A stretch of 64,000 bases of DNA from Nitrospinales bacterium (GCA_965223795.1 CBDCXL010000002.1:320001-384000); one strand, 5' to 3'. Shown: positions 10,240-19,955, numbered from the stretch's first letter. Numbers and translations: made by a program. Notes: a model not told the origin generated them from the sequence alone.

Positions 10240-10749
10240 TCATTGCTGCGCTGAAATCGTGGCGGCACCGGTCAAGGTTCCCGTCTTGTCGTCGCGCAGG
10301 TGGTTTTGGTCGATCCAGCGGTCGAGGGAGAATTTGCCGCCGCCGGTCAGCATCAGCGCAAACGCGATGCCGATCGCGAGGATGTGGTACTCGAACCCCT
10401 CCCCCGCCTGATTGCCGGACCAGTTCATGAAAAAGCCGTTGCTAAGATGCACGGTCATCACCGCACCCGCCATGACGGCGGCGACGCCCGCGGCGCACAA
10501 GCGCGTGAGAAAACCGGCGATCAGCCCGAGCGCGCCGAAAAACTCGATGGCGATGACCAGCAGTGCGATGACGGTGGGCAGCCCCATCTTCTGGGTGAAA
10601 AAACCCATCGTGCCTTCCAGGCCGTGGCCGCCGAACCAGCCGAACACCTTTTGCGCGCCATGCGGGAACATCACGAGGCCCAGCGACAGACGTAATAGAA
10701 GGGAGTCGTAGCGGTCTTCGGTTTTGAATAACAGCTTCAGATAGTTCAT
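10240..10749 (-). CDS. DoxX family membrane protein (CatD/MhqP-like)
   Basis: LLRLSLGLVMFPHGAQK, EFFG, GFEYH; four TM helices; GAGGAGG RBS. Confidence 0.9.
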   Translation of the reverse strand: MNYLKLLFKTEDRYDSLLLRLSLGLVMFPHGAQKVFGWFGGHGLEGTMGFFTQKMGLPTVIALLVIAIEFFGALGLIAGFLTRLCAAGVAAVMAGAVMTVHLSNGFFMNWSGNQAGEGFEYHILAIGIAFALMLTGGGKFSLDRWIDQNHLRDDKTGTLTGAATISAQQ

Positions 10750-10868
10750 GAACGATTCCTCCTCTTTAATTTTGTTTCTTCCAATCAACGGCAGCGGAAT
10801 TTTCCGTCCTGATCGGGGCAGGCAGGGAATCCCCCATTCTCAAGAGTCCCCTGCCCTCCCGGTGAATG

Positions 10869-11450
10869 TCAACGAACGACCGGAGCGCCGTCCTGGTCCG
10901 CCGTGACGTTATCATGCAAGTCACTGATGATTAAATAACCAGAAGCCTGCATGTCCTTTCCGAAAGATTGCGATGCCGCTTCGGTCGAAGCCACTTGAAT
11001 CAGATCGACCCGGATTTTCATGGAACCGCCGCCTTCGATACCCTTTAAATTTCCAGTGCCGGAAATAAAGGTCAATTTACCCTGGCAGTTTTCCTTGGGA
11101 CCGGAGCACGAAATTTTTGCCTTTGTCGTGTTTCCAGTTTGGTCGGTCAATTGGCATGCGCCCTGCATCTCGTCATCACCCTTGCTGTTGATCTGGACGG
11201 AAAAGGGGCAGTCCATACGGACGGCATGCATGTAATGGGTTTTTTGCGTGCTGTCTTTGACAAAAAACGTTCCTTTCATCAGGCCGGAATAAAATTGCTG
11301 ATGCCGGTTCAATGAAAAGACCTTACCTTCCGAACGCCAGCTGCTGAGCGCCCTTTTTGTGTCTGCATCATCGGCAAACGCATGGCCCGCAGCATTGAAC
11401 GCCAGCATCCCCGCAATTCCCGTTACCAAAAACATGTTTCTCACTTTCAT
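10869..11450 (-). CDS. exported hypothetical beta-rich protein
   Basis: Signal peptide (AFA-D), four Cys, ISGTGNLKGIEG motif; lower GC than flanks. Confidence 0.75.
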   Translation of the reverse strand: MKVRNMFLVTGIAGMLAFNAAGHAFADDADTKRALSSWRSEGKVFSLNRHQQFYSGLMKGTFFVKDSTQKTHYMHAVRMDCPFSVQINSKGDDEMQGACQLTDQTGNTTKAKISCSGPKENCQGKLTFISGTGNLKGIEGGGSMKIRVDLIQVASTEAASQSFGKDMQASGYLIISDLHDNVTADQDGAPVVR

Positions 11451-11528
11451 GGTCCATCCCTCCACTTGTAAGAGTTTTGAGTTTCCTGACCAGCGTGATT
11501 GCCAGGCAGGCTTATGCCCTATCCATAA

Positions 11529-11544
11529 AGCAATGCCGGTGCCA
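11529..11544 (-). promoter_or_regulatory. sigma-54 (-24/-12) promoter
   Basis: Minus strand reads TGGCAC-CGGCA-TTGCT, matching consensus TGGCAC-N5-TTGCW; opposite a divergent enhancer-binding protein gene. Confidence 0.85.
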
Positions 11545-11587
11545 TTTTCACAAACCCGACTATTTCTATTTTTTTCAATTATTTAGA

Positions 11588-11664
11588 TACGTTTTCCCGC
11601 AGAGTCATAGTTACGACATTTTCTAATTTTACGGATTTCCGTTGCATAGATACGGTTTTCCGTA
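11588..11664. promoter_or_regulatory. putative upstream activator sites TACG-N6-CGTA
   Basis: tacgttttcccgca (11588), tacggatttccgtt (11630), tacggttttccgta (11651); offsets 42 and 21 bp. Confidence 0.6.
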
Positions 11665-11677
11665 ATAAAGTGGCGGC

Positions 11678-13309
11678 ATGAATCCTTCGCCGGAAAACCG
11701 GGAATTCGACTATATGCGGGAGTTTCTGCTGTCGCTGCCGTATCAGCGGCAGCTGCAATCCCTGCTGAATCTTGTGGTCGAGAGTTTCGCCAGGCGGGAT
11801 CCCGCGGTGGCGCTGGCGCGCATCTGGCTGGTGGGCCCGGGCGACCGCTGCGATTCCTGTGCGCTGCGGTCGTTGTGCCCGGATCAGACCGAGTGCCTGC
11901 ATCTGGCGGCGGAATGCTACAAGCACCCGCCTGACGATCCTTCCACCCTGGCGCGGGAGTTTGAGCGCATCCCGCTGGGTGTCGGCAAGGCCGGGCGTTC
12001 CGCCACCACAGGCAGGCAGGAAGACCTCGAGAGTCTGGCAGCGGACATTCCCCACGCCGTCTCCCGGTCCTGGGCGCAACAGGCGAACATCCTCGGTCTG
12101 GGCGTGACTCCGCTCCTGCAGCAGGGCCGGGTGTTGGGCGTGATCGGCGCCTGCGTCGTGAAAGAGGCGCAGGTGGAAGGCGAAGGCCTGTTCTGGACGC
12201 GGCTGGTGGCGGATTCGATCGCGGCGTCCATCGCCAACGTGCGCGCCTTCGAGGAAATCCAGCGGCTCAAGGAGCGGCTCGAACGGGACAACGAATACCT
12301 GAGCGATGAAATCCTGGAGTCGCAGGCCTACGGCGAGATCATCGGGCAGAGTCCGTCGCTGAAAAACGTGGCCGAGCAGATCGGCATGGTGGCGGGCACG
12401 GACGCCAATGTGCTGATCAACGGCGAGTCGGGCACCGGCAAGGAGCTGGTGGCGCGCGAGATCCACAAGCGCAGCACCCGCTCGCTGAGGCCGCTGATCA
12501 AGGTCAACTGCGCCTCGATCCCCAAGGATCTGTACGAGAGCGAGTTTTTCGGCCACGTGAAAGGCGCGTTCACCGGCGCGGTGCAGGACCGGCGCGGCCG
12601 GTTCGAGCTGGCAGACGGAGCGACCCTGTTTCTCGATGAGGTGGGCGAGGTGCCTCTCGATCTGCAGAGCAAGCTGCTGCGTGTGCTGCAGGAGGGCGAG
12701 TACGAGCGCATCGGCGATGCGCGCACGCGAAAATGCGACGTGCGCATCATCGCCGCCACCAACCGCGACCTCAAGGGAGAGATCATCAAGGGGCGGTTCC
12801 GGGAGGACCTGTATTACCGGCTCAACGTGTTTCCCATCGAGTTGCCCTCGCTGAGGGAGCGGCCCGAGGACATCCCGCTGCTCGCCGAGCATTTTCTGCG
12901 CAACGCCGGCAAAAAATTCAACAAGCCGGTCAAGCCGCCGACGGCGGAAACGATCGCCGCGCTGAAAAACTACCTGTGGCCGGGGAACGTGCGGGAGCTG
13001 CAGAACGTGCTGGAGCGGGCGGTGATCACCTCACGGCGCGGGGAGCTGAAGCTGGATCTCGATGCGCCCGCCGGCAAGGCCCCATCCGCGCCCAGGCCGG
13101 AATCCGCAGCGGACGCGGCGGTGCTGACGGAAGCAGAGCTGAAACGCCTGGAACGGGACAACACGCTGCGCGCGCTGAAGCGATGCGACGGGAAAATCTT
13201 CGGCCCAAACGGTGCGGCGAAGCTGCTCGGCGTCAAGCCGACCACGCTGGCGACGCGCATGAAGGCGCTGGGCCTTAAAAAGACCTATTCTGTGCGCAAA
13301 CCGCACTGA
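11678..13309 (+). CDS. sigma-54-dependent enhancer-binding protein (GAF + AAA+ + Fis-type HTH; FhlA/HyfR-like)
   Basis: [27 protein letters not shown]-terminal GAAKLLGVKPTTL HTH. Confidence 0.93.
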   Translation: MNPSPENREFDYMREFLLSLPYQRQLQSLLNLVVESFARRDPAVALARIWLVGPGDRCDSCALRSLCPDQTECLHLAAECYKHPPDDPSTLAREFERIPLGVGKAGRSATTGRQEDLESLAADIPHAVSRSWAQQANILGLGVTPLLQQGRVLGVIGACVVKEAQVEGEGLFWTRLVADSIAASIANVRAFEEIQRLKERLERDNEYLSDEILESQAYGEIIGQSPSLKNVAEQIGMVAGTDANVLINGESGTGKELVAREIHKRSTRSLRPLIKVNCASIPKDLYESEFFGHVKGAFTGAVQDRRGRFELADGATLFLDEVGEVPLDLQSKLLRVLQEGEYERIGDARTRKCDVRIIAATNRDLKGEIIKGRFREDLYYRLNVFPIELPSLRERPEDIPLLAEHFLRNAGKKFNKPVKPPTAETIAALKNYLWPGNVRELQNVLERAVITSRRGELKLDLDAPAGKAPSAPRPESAADAAVLTEAELKRLERDNTLRALKRCDGKIFGPNGAAKLLGVKPTTLATRMKALGLKKTYSVRKPH

Positions 13310-13546
13310 TCGCGCGGCACAGGTTTTCGGTTCGGCAATGGGATGATTGAGGTTTGCTGTTTTTTCAACTTCCCATTGTCCTCAAACACGTTCCCGGAAC
13401 GCGGTGCGAGCGCCGCCGGGCGAGCGGAGCGGATTCCTCCCGTTCCGGAAAGCGGCGCCCGGAGGGCCGGGAACGCGCTTTCCGGAGCTGACCTACAGCC
13501 TTAATTTTGAAGGGTTTTCCTGCTCCCCGGCGCGGGCACATTTAAG

Positions 13547-13576
13547 TTGACAGTAAAACGACGCTGCTTATATACT
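13547..13576 (+). promoter_or_regulatory. sigma-70-type promoter of the nuoE-nuoG unit
   Basis: TTGACA-N18-TATACT, about 140 bp upstream of nuoE. Confidence 0.6.
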
Positions 13577-13718
13577 TCCCCCTTTCACTACAAGCACAAG
13601 TGGAAGAAAAACAACCCGAGGGAGTTTTGGTTTCCGGTGAATCCCTTTCGCCGGGAAAATTCCTTATAATCGTAGAGCCATTACGAACTGAAGACCTTTC
13701 AATCGACGAGTTCGCCCT

Positions 13719-14279
13719 ATGGAAACCAACGACACGGCCCTTCCCGAACCGGTTGCGGTCGAAGAAGAAGAGAAAGAAATCGACGTCGCGCCGACCGAGG
13801 AATTGCTGAAACCGATTCCGGACACGGCCAACAACCGGCGGTACCTGATCCCGACGCTGCAGAAGGTGCAGGACATCTACCGCTACCTGCCCGATGCCGC
13901 GATGCAGCTTCTGATGCGGAAGTTCAACATCTCGCGGGCGGAAATCTATGGGGTGATTTCGTTTTACCCGCAGCTTCGCATCGTCGAGCCGGGCAAGTAC
14001 ATCTTCAAGCTCTGTTATGGCACCGCCTGCTTCGTCAAGGGGGCCAACATCATCGCGGACCGGATCCGCGATGAATACCACATCGGCCCGGGTGAGACCG
14101 ACAAGGACAAGATCTTCACCCTGCAGACCGCATCCTGCCTGGGGAACTGCGGCGCGGCCCCGATGGCCATCATCGGCGACGACACGCACGGCACCATCGA
14201 CCCTGAAAAAACATCTGAACTTTGCGCCGTCTACCGGGACCAGAAATTCGCGGAGGACGCGGCGGGCGAGGAGAAATGA
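13719..14279 (+). CDS. nuoE: NADH-quinone oxidoreductase subunit E ([2Fe-2S] thioredoxin-like)
   Basis: LQKVQDIYRYLP, GVISFY, CYGTAC...CLGNC. Confidence 0.85.
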   Translation: METNDTALPEPVAVEEEEKEIDVAPTEELLKPIPDTANNRRYLIPTLQKVQDIYRYLPDAAMQLLMRKFNISRAEIYGVISFYPQLRIVEPGKYIFKLCYGTACFVKGANIIADRIRDEYHIGPGETDKDKIFTLQTASCLGNCGAAPMAIIGDDTHGTIDPEKTSELCAVYRDQKFAEDAAGEEK

Positions 14280-14284
14280 TCTGA

Positions 14285-16858
14285 ATGAGCACCGTAGCCA
14301 GAAAAACCATTCACTTTAAAATCGACGACAAGGATGTGACGGCGCCGGAAGGCACGGTCATCCTGGAAGCGGCCAAGCAGGAAGGGTTCGAGGTGACCAA
14401 TCTCTGCTACAACCGCAAGCTGAAACCGTTCGCCGCCTGCCGCACCTGCATGGTGGAAAAATGGAGCGACGGCAACAAGGAGCTGGTCTACTCCTGCACG
14501 GAGCCGGTGGCGGAAGGCATCGAGGTCAAGACCAACACCGAGGAGACCGACCGCTACAACAGCGCCTGCCTGGAAATGCTGCTGGTGGAGCACCCGCTCG
14601 ACTGTCCGATCTGCGACAAATCCGGCGTCTGTCCTCTGCAGGACAACACCGACGCGCTCAAGCTGTACAACGGCCGCTTTGAGATCAACCGGCGCAACGA
14701 GCCGAGCATCAAGAGCAACCCGATCATCGAATTTTATCTCAACCGCTGCATCATGTGCGGCCTGTGCGTGCGCGCCTGCGACGAGATCCAGGGCGTGCAG
14801 GCGCTGGACTACCACCAGCGCGGCCGCAGCGTCGGCATCGGCACGGCCAACGACGAACCGCTCGACTGCGAATTCTGCGGCCAGTGCATCACGGTCTGCC
14901 CGACGGGCGCGTTGATGGACATGACGTCCGGCGCGCGCGGGCTCGCCGCCATGTTCACGCAGACGCACAGCACCTGCAATTACTGTTCGTGGGGCTGCAC
15001 GATCCGGCTGGAATCGAAGAGCGGCAAGGTGGTGCGCATCGAAGGCGACGAAGCCTACAATCTTGGAATCAACGAAGGCAACCTGTGCGCCAAGGGGCGC
15101 TTCGGTCACGGCATCATCCACAACGAGGACCGCATCCAGACACCGCTGATGAACTTCGGCGGCGAGTTCAAGGAAGTGTCCTGGGACGAGGCGCTCAGCA
15201 CGATCGCCGAACGCTTCCAGGCGACGGTCAACCGCGGCGGGCCGGGCACCATCGCCGGCATCGGCTCGGAAAAGATGACCAACGAGGAAGCGTATCTGTT
15301 CCAGAAGCTGTTCCGCGGCCTGTTCGGCGCGAACCAGGTGACCAACCTTTCGGAACTGCGCGCCCCGTACGTGAACCGCTTCATGCTGGACTGTTTCGAA
15401 AACGGCATCGAATCCAAGCCGGTCACCGAGCTGGAGCACGCGGACGTGGTGCTCATCTTCAATTCGGACCTGCCCTCGGAATACCCGGTGGGCGGCAACT
15501 CGGTGCGCAAGGGCGCGGTGTTCACGGGCACGGACATCCTCATCGCCAACCCGCGCAACGTGGTGTTCAACAACGAAGCCGCCGTGGATATCCGGCTGAC
15601 CTACACGCACGGCGCGGACCTTGCGGTGGCGAACCGGCTGTGCCGCATCCTGATCGACAAGAAACTGGTGGACACCGCGAAAGTCAAAAAAGCGCTGCCC
15701 AATTTCGACGAACTGGAAAAATCGCTCAATCCCTATACGGACAAGGAAGCCGAGAAGCTGACCGGGCTTTCCGACGACATCCTGACGCGCGCCGCGGAAC
15801 GGTTCGCGCGCGATGCCGACCGGTTCATCCTGATCGGCAACGACATCCTCGACACGGGCCAGGGCGAGGACGTGCTGAACGCGCTGCTCAACCTCTCCCT
15901 GCTGGTGCACCACGGCTCCACCGGCAGCGTCAGCGTCTACCCGCCGCGCGAGCACTGCAACTCGCAGGGCGTCAACGACATGGGCGTGACTCCCGGGTTC
16001 AAACCGGGATACCAGCCCATAGACAGCAATGACAATCTCGCGGTGGATCTGTTCGAAAGCTGCAAGCAGGGCAAGATCAAGCTGCTTTACATCGCGGGCG
16101 AGGATCCGCTGCATTCCTATTACAAGTCGGCGCAGGCCAAAGACGCGCTGCAGACGGTGCCGTTTCTGGTGGTGCAGGACATCTTCATGACGGAGACCGC
16201 GAAAATGGCGGACGTCATCCTGCCGCTGTCCACCTTCGCCGAGAAGGAAGGCACCTACACCAACATGACGCGGCACGTTCAGCAGGTGAAGCCGGCGACG
16301 CTGCCGCTGGGAACCTCGAAGCCGGATTTCGACATCCTGTGCGAGCTGGCCGAGGCGGTCGGCAAGCCGTTCGAAAACGCCAGCATCCAGGAGGTGCAGG
16401 AAGAGATCGCGCGGGAAGTGCCGATCTACAAGGATGTGTTTCCCGGCGACGATTCGAAACAGTGGCGGCCCACCGGATTCGCGTCGAAGCCTGAATTCAA
16501 GATCTGCGCCCCGTATGATAAAGCGAAGGACGATGAGGGGTATCCGTTCAGCCTGCTGACGAACAATCACATGTTCCACATCGGCAGCTACACCCAGCAT
16601 GCGGATGCGCTGGTGGACATCGGCCCGGAATGCCTGGCCGAAATCCATCCCGAAGACGCGGAGAACCTGGGCGTGGACACGGGCGACACCGTCGTCGTCG
16701 AATCGCCGAGCGGCAAGGTGGAAGTGAAGGTCAAGACCAGTCCGGTGAGCGTCAAGGGCATGCTGTACATCCCGAAAAACTGGACCGGCGTTCCGGTCCA
16801 CAGCCTGAGAAACGGCGAAGAGGGAGTGGTTTCCATCAAGGTTTCCAAGGCCGGCTGA
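14285..16858 (+). CDS. nuoG: NADH-quinone oxidoreductase subunit G (molybdopterin-oxidoreductase fold)
   Basis: ACRTC [2Fe-2S], HPLDCPICDKSGVC, CIMCGLCVRAC, CEFCGQCITVCP, CNYCSWGC...LCAKG; no Cys/Sec at the expected Mo-ligand region. Confidence 0.82.
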   Translation: MSTVARKTIHFKIDDKDVTAPEGTVILEAAKQEGFEVTNLCYNRKLKPFAACRTCMVEKWSDGNKELVYSCTEPVAEGIEVKTNTEETDRYNSACLEMLLVEHPLDCPICDKSGVCPLQDNTDALKLYNGRFEINRRNEPSIKSNPIIEFYLNRCIMCGLCVRACDEIQGVQALDYHQRGRSVGIGTANDEPLDCEFCGQCITVCPTGALMDMTSGARGLAAMFTQTHSTCNYCSWGCTIRLESKSGKVVRIEGDEAYNLGINEGNLCAKGRFGHGIIHNEDRIQTPLMNFGGEFKEVSWDEALSTIAERFQATVNRGGPGTIAGIGSEKMTNEEAYLFQKLFRGLFGANQVTNLSELRAPYVNRFMLDCFENGIESKPVTELEHADVVLIFNSDLPSEYPVGGNSVRKGAVFTGTDILIANPRNVVFNNEAAVDIRLTYTHGADLAVANRLCRILIDKKLVDTAKVKKALPNFDELEKSLNPYTDKEAEKLTGLSDDILTRAAERFARDADRFILIGNDILDTGQGEDVLNALLNLSLLVHHGSTGSVSVYPPREHCNSQGVNDMGVTPGFKPGYQPIDSNDNLAVDLFESCKQGKIKLLYIAGEDPLHSYYKSAQAKDALQTVPFLVVQDIFMTETAKMADVILPLSTFAEKEGTYTNMTRHVQQVKPATLPLGTSKPDFDILCELAEAVGKPFENASIQEVQEEIAREVPIYKDVFPGDDSKQWRPTGFASKPEFKICAPYDKAKDDEGYPFSLLTNNHMFHIGSYTQHADALVDIGPECLAEIHPEDAENLGVDTGDTVVVESPSGKVEVKVKTSPVSVKGMLYIPKNWTGVPVHSLRNGEEGVVSIKVSKAG

Positions 16859-16876
16859 GCAACCGGCTTCTTTTTC
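16850..16876 (+). terminator. possible intrinsic terminator between nuoG and nuoD
   Basis: gccgg-ctgagcaa-ccggc followed by ttcttttt. Confidence 0.45.
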
Positions 16877-16939
16877 AATCCGGGAACGGCGGTTCCCGCC
16901 GGCCGCGGCCGGGCACAACCTTTCAACTCAACGAACCCC

Positions 16940-18130
16940 ATGGCTGATTTAAAAGAAAGTCTGCACACCGATCACATGGTCCTCAACATGGGCCCCTCTC
17001 ACCCGGCCACTCACGGCACGGTGAAATTTCTTCTGACTCTGGACGGCGAGACGGTCGTGGACATGGTGGTGGAGGTCGGCTACCTGCACCGCGGGTTCGA
17101 GAAGATGTGCGAAAGCGTGACCTACTCCAACGTGTTCCCCTACACGGACCGGCTGAACTACTGCTCGGCGATCATGAACAACATCGGCTTCGCGCTGGCG
17201 GTCGAAAAGCTGTGCGACATCCAGACGACGGACCGCTGCGATTACATCCGCGTGGTAACGAACGAGTTGTCGCGCATCTCGGATCACTACACCAACATCG
17301 CCGCGGCAGCGCTGGAGCTTGGGGCGCTGACGGCGTTCATCTATTTCGTCGAGGCGCGGGAGATCGTGTGGGATCTTCTGGAAAAAGTCTGCGGCGCGCG
17401 GCTGACGTCCAACTATGTGCGCATCGGCGGGCTGATGTGCGATCTGCCGCCGGGATTCGACGAGGACCTGGAAGCCTCCTATAAAAAACTCGATCCCCTG
17501 TTCGACGATGTGGACAAGCTGCTGACGAAAAACCGCATCTTCCTCGACCGCATGCGCGACACCGGCGCCATCTCCGCAAAGGACGCGATCGACTGGGGAT
17601 TCACCGGGCCGTGCCTGAGGGCCTGCGGGGTCGATTACGACGTGCGCAAGCAGCATCCCTATCTGGTTTACGACCGGCTCGATTTTGACATTCCGCTGGG
17701 GACCACCGGCGATAATTTCGACCGCTACCTGGTGCGGATGGAAGAGATCAAGCAGAGCTTCAAGATCATCAAGCAGGCCATGAAGGACATGCCCGACGGT
17801 CCCATCAACGTCGACAACCCCTATATGCGCAATCCGGCCAAACCGGATGTGTACTCGCGCATGGAAGAGATGATCGCCCATTTCAAAATGGTGATCGACG
17901 GCCTCAAGCCGCCTGTGGGCGAGGTATACTTTCCCAGCGAAGCGGCGAACGGCGAGCTGGGCTTTTACATCGTGAGCGACGGCACCGGCAAGCCCTATAA
18001 ATGCCGGGTCCGCCCGCCGTGCTTCACCATGACCGCCGCGCTGGCGGATATCTGTAAAGGCGGCATGCTGGCGGACATCATTCCCACCTTCGACATGATC
18101 AATATGATCGGCGGCGAATGCGACCGCTGA
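16940..18130 (+). CDS. nuoD: NADH-quinone oxidoreductase subunit D
   Basis: LNMGPSHPATHG, GYLHRGFEK, DRLNY, C-terminal GECDR; no NiFe CxxC pairs. Confidence 0.93.
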   Translation: MADLKESLHTDHMVLNMGPSHPATHGTVKFLLTLDGETVVDMVVEVGYLHRGFEKMCESVTYSNVFPYTDRLNYCSAIMNNIGFALAVEKLCDIQTTDRCDYIRVVTNELSRISDHYTNIAAAALELGALTAFIYFVEAREIVWDLLEKVCGARLTSNYVRIGGLMCDLPPGFDEDLEASYKKLDPLFDDVDKLLTKNRIFLDRMRDTGAISAKDAIDWGFTGPCLRACGVDYDVRKQHPYLVYDRLDFDIPLGTTGDNFDRYLVRMEEIKQSFKIIKQAMKDMPDGPINVDNPYMRNPAKPDVYSRMEEMIAHFKMVIDGLKPPVGEVYFPSEAANGELGFYIVSDGTGKPYKCRVRPPCFTMTAALADICKGGMLADIIPTFDMINMIGGECDR

Positions 18131-18233
18131 CCGTGACGCGGCTCATCCCAAAATAATCCAATCATCACCCGGGTGCGGGTTATGCTGAACAGGACGGCTG
18201 CGCGCATTCTATATTTAAAGGTTTGTTTTCCGC

Positions 18234-19229
18234 ATGGGCCATTTGGTCAAAATCCTCTTTCTCCTGGCCGGCTGCGCTTTGCTCGGCTGGGCGCTGAAAT
18301 CGGTGGACCTCGCCGAAGTGCTGAGCCTTCTGGCGCGGCTGGGATGGGGCTACTTTTTCATCTTCGTGATTTATGGTGTCGTCACCTGGGTCGACACACT
18401 GGCCTGGAAATACTGTTTTCCACCTGAGAAGACGCGCAATTTCACGCTGTGGCAACTGTGGCGCATCCGGCAGATCGGCGACGCCTACAACACGATCACG
18501 CCGCTGGGAACCCTGGGCGGGGAACCGATCAAGGCGCAACTTCTGAAAGACGGCCACGGGCTCACCTTCAAAGAGGGCCTGGCTTCGCAGGTGGCGGCGA
18601 AAACCACGTTCCTGATCGCTCTCATCCTGTTTTGCATTCCCAGCATGGTGCTGATGTATCAGATGGAAGGGATCCCGCCGGAGTTTCAATCGGTGGCTCT
18701 CGTGGGGATGGTCGGTTTTTCCACCGCGATCTTCCTGTTCTTTCTGGTTCAGATCACGGGACTGCTGGGAATTGTGACGCGCAAGGTGGCGCGGCATACC
18801 CGCGAACGCACCGTGTTCGGGCAGCTTGAAAACCTCGATGCGAAGATGTCCGGCTACTACAAGGACCATCCCGGGCGGGCGCTGGCATCGGTGGCGGCGG
18901 CGTTCACGGGCTGGGTGATCGGGCTGGCGGAGCTGTACCTGATTCTGTATCTACTCGGCTACGAAGCGAGCTTCGCGCAATTGTGGCTCATCGAAGCGCT
19001 GGCGCAGCTGGTGCGGGCGGGAACGTTTTTCATTCCCTTGAACATCGGGACGCTGGAAGGCGGCCTGATTCTCATCTTCGGCGCATTGGGATACCCCGCC
19101 ATTCTGGGGATCACCGTTTCCTTCGCCGGGAGGATCAAGCAGTTGACATGGGTGGCGGCCGGCCTTTTGCTGGGCTGGAGCCTGGCGTTCAAGCCAAGAA
19201 CGGTGCAACCCGACGCCTCGGAAGGCTGA
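18234..19229 (+). CDS. flippase-like / lysylphosphatidylglycerol synthase TM-domain protein (HpnL-like)
   Basis: Multi-TM; NTITPLGTLGGEPIK and FFIPLNIGTLEGG motifs. Confidence 0.82.
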   Translation: MGHLVKILFLLAGCALLGWALKSVDLAEVLSLLARLGWGYFFIFVIYGVVTWVDTLAWKYCFPPEKTRNFTLWQLWRIRQIGDAYNTITPLGTLGGEPIKAQLLKDGHGLTFKEGLASQVAAKTTFLIALILFCIPSMVLMYQMEGIPPEFQSVALVGMVGFSTAIFLFFLVQITGLLGIVTRKVARHTRERTVFGQLENLDAKMSGYYKDHPGRALASVAAAFTGWVIGLAELYLILYLLGYEASFAQLWLIEALAQLVRAGTFFIPLNIGTLEGGLILIFGALGYPAILGITVSFAGRIKQLTWVAAGLLLGWSLAFKPRTVQPDASEG

Positions 19230-19280
19230 TCGTCCGCCCGGCGGACGCGTGCATGCCGGACGGACTAAAATGAGGACAAC

Positions 19281-19697
19281 TCAGTGGACGTCGCGCCGGA
19301 CGCCGCGGTCGCGGCCCCTGCCGCCAGGGGTGTGTTTCATGGATTCGGTGAAGACATCCCGCTCCTGAACCAGGCCGTCGTGCTTGGTCCGGATGGGGTC
19401 GATGCGGTTTTTCTCCACTTCCAGGGCGGCTTCGTCGATCATCTCTTCTTCTTTCTTTTTGGCTTCGTCCGGTTTGGCGCCGGAAGCCTGCGCTTCTGCA
19501 CCTTCACCGCCTTCGCTGACGGCCTCCCCTTCTTTGGACTCTTCGATCGACTCTTCTTCCGCTTCCTTCATGGATTTTTTGAAATTCTTGATGCTGCGGC
19601 CGAACGCACTGCCGATTTCCGGAAGTTTGCCGGCTCCAAAAATGATCATGATGATGATCAGAATGACCATCAACTCGGGAAAACCGATGCCCATCAT
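19281..19697 (-). CDS. tatA: twin-arginine translocase TatA/E subunit with long charged tail
   Basis: [39 protein letters not shown]. Confidence 0.92.
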   Translation of the reverse strand: MMGIGFPELMVILIIIMIIFGAGKLPEIGSAFGRSIKNFKKSMKEAEEESIEESKEGEAVSEGGEGAEAQASGAKPDEAKKKEEEMIDEAALEVEKNRIDPIRTKHDGLVQERDVFTESMKHTPGGRGRDRGVRRDVH

Positions 19698-19860
19698 AAT
19701 GAATTTCTCCTATCGCCTGCGGTGTGAACGTGCGGCCAGTCTATCAAAACAGGCCCATAAAAACACCTGTTTAGGCGCATTTTCGTGAAATATCCGGGAA
19801 AATCAGGAAAAGAAATGCGAAAAATCAGAAAAACGGCGGGACGGTGCGGCTCAAAAGGAA

Positions 19861-19887
19861 AAAGAGGCCGGAAACACCGGCCTCTTT
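19861..19887. terminator. bidirectional intrinsic terminator
   Basis: aaagaggccgg-aaaca-ccggcctcttt with A/T tracts on both sides. Confidence 0.7.
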
Positions 19888-19955
19888 CCCTTTGAACGTA
19901 TTCATGATTCCTGGCAGCGAAGCATCCGGTAGCCGTAAACCGCTCCGCAGGCGGG

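Noticed and set aside
14285..18130. Formate dehydrogenase or NiFe hydrogenase interpretation
   Set aside because: No Mo-ligating Cys/Sec in the large subunit and no CxxC Ni ligands in the NuoD-like protein.
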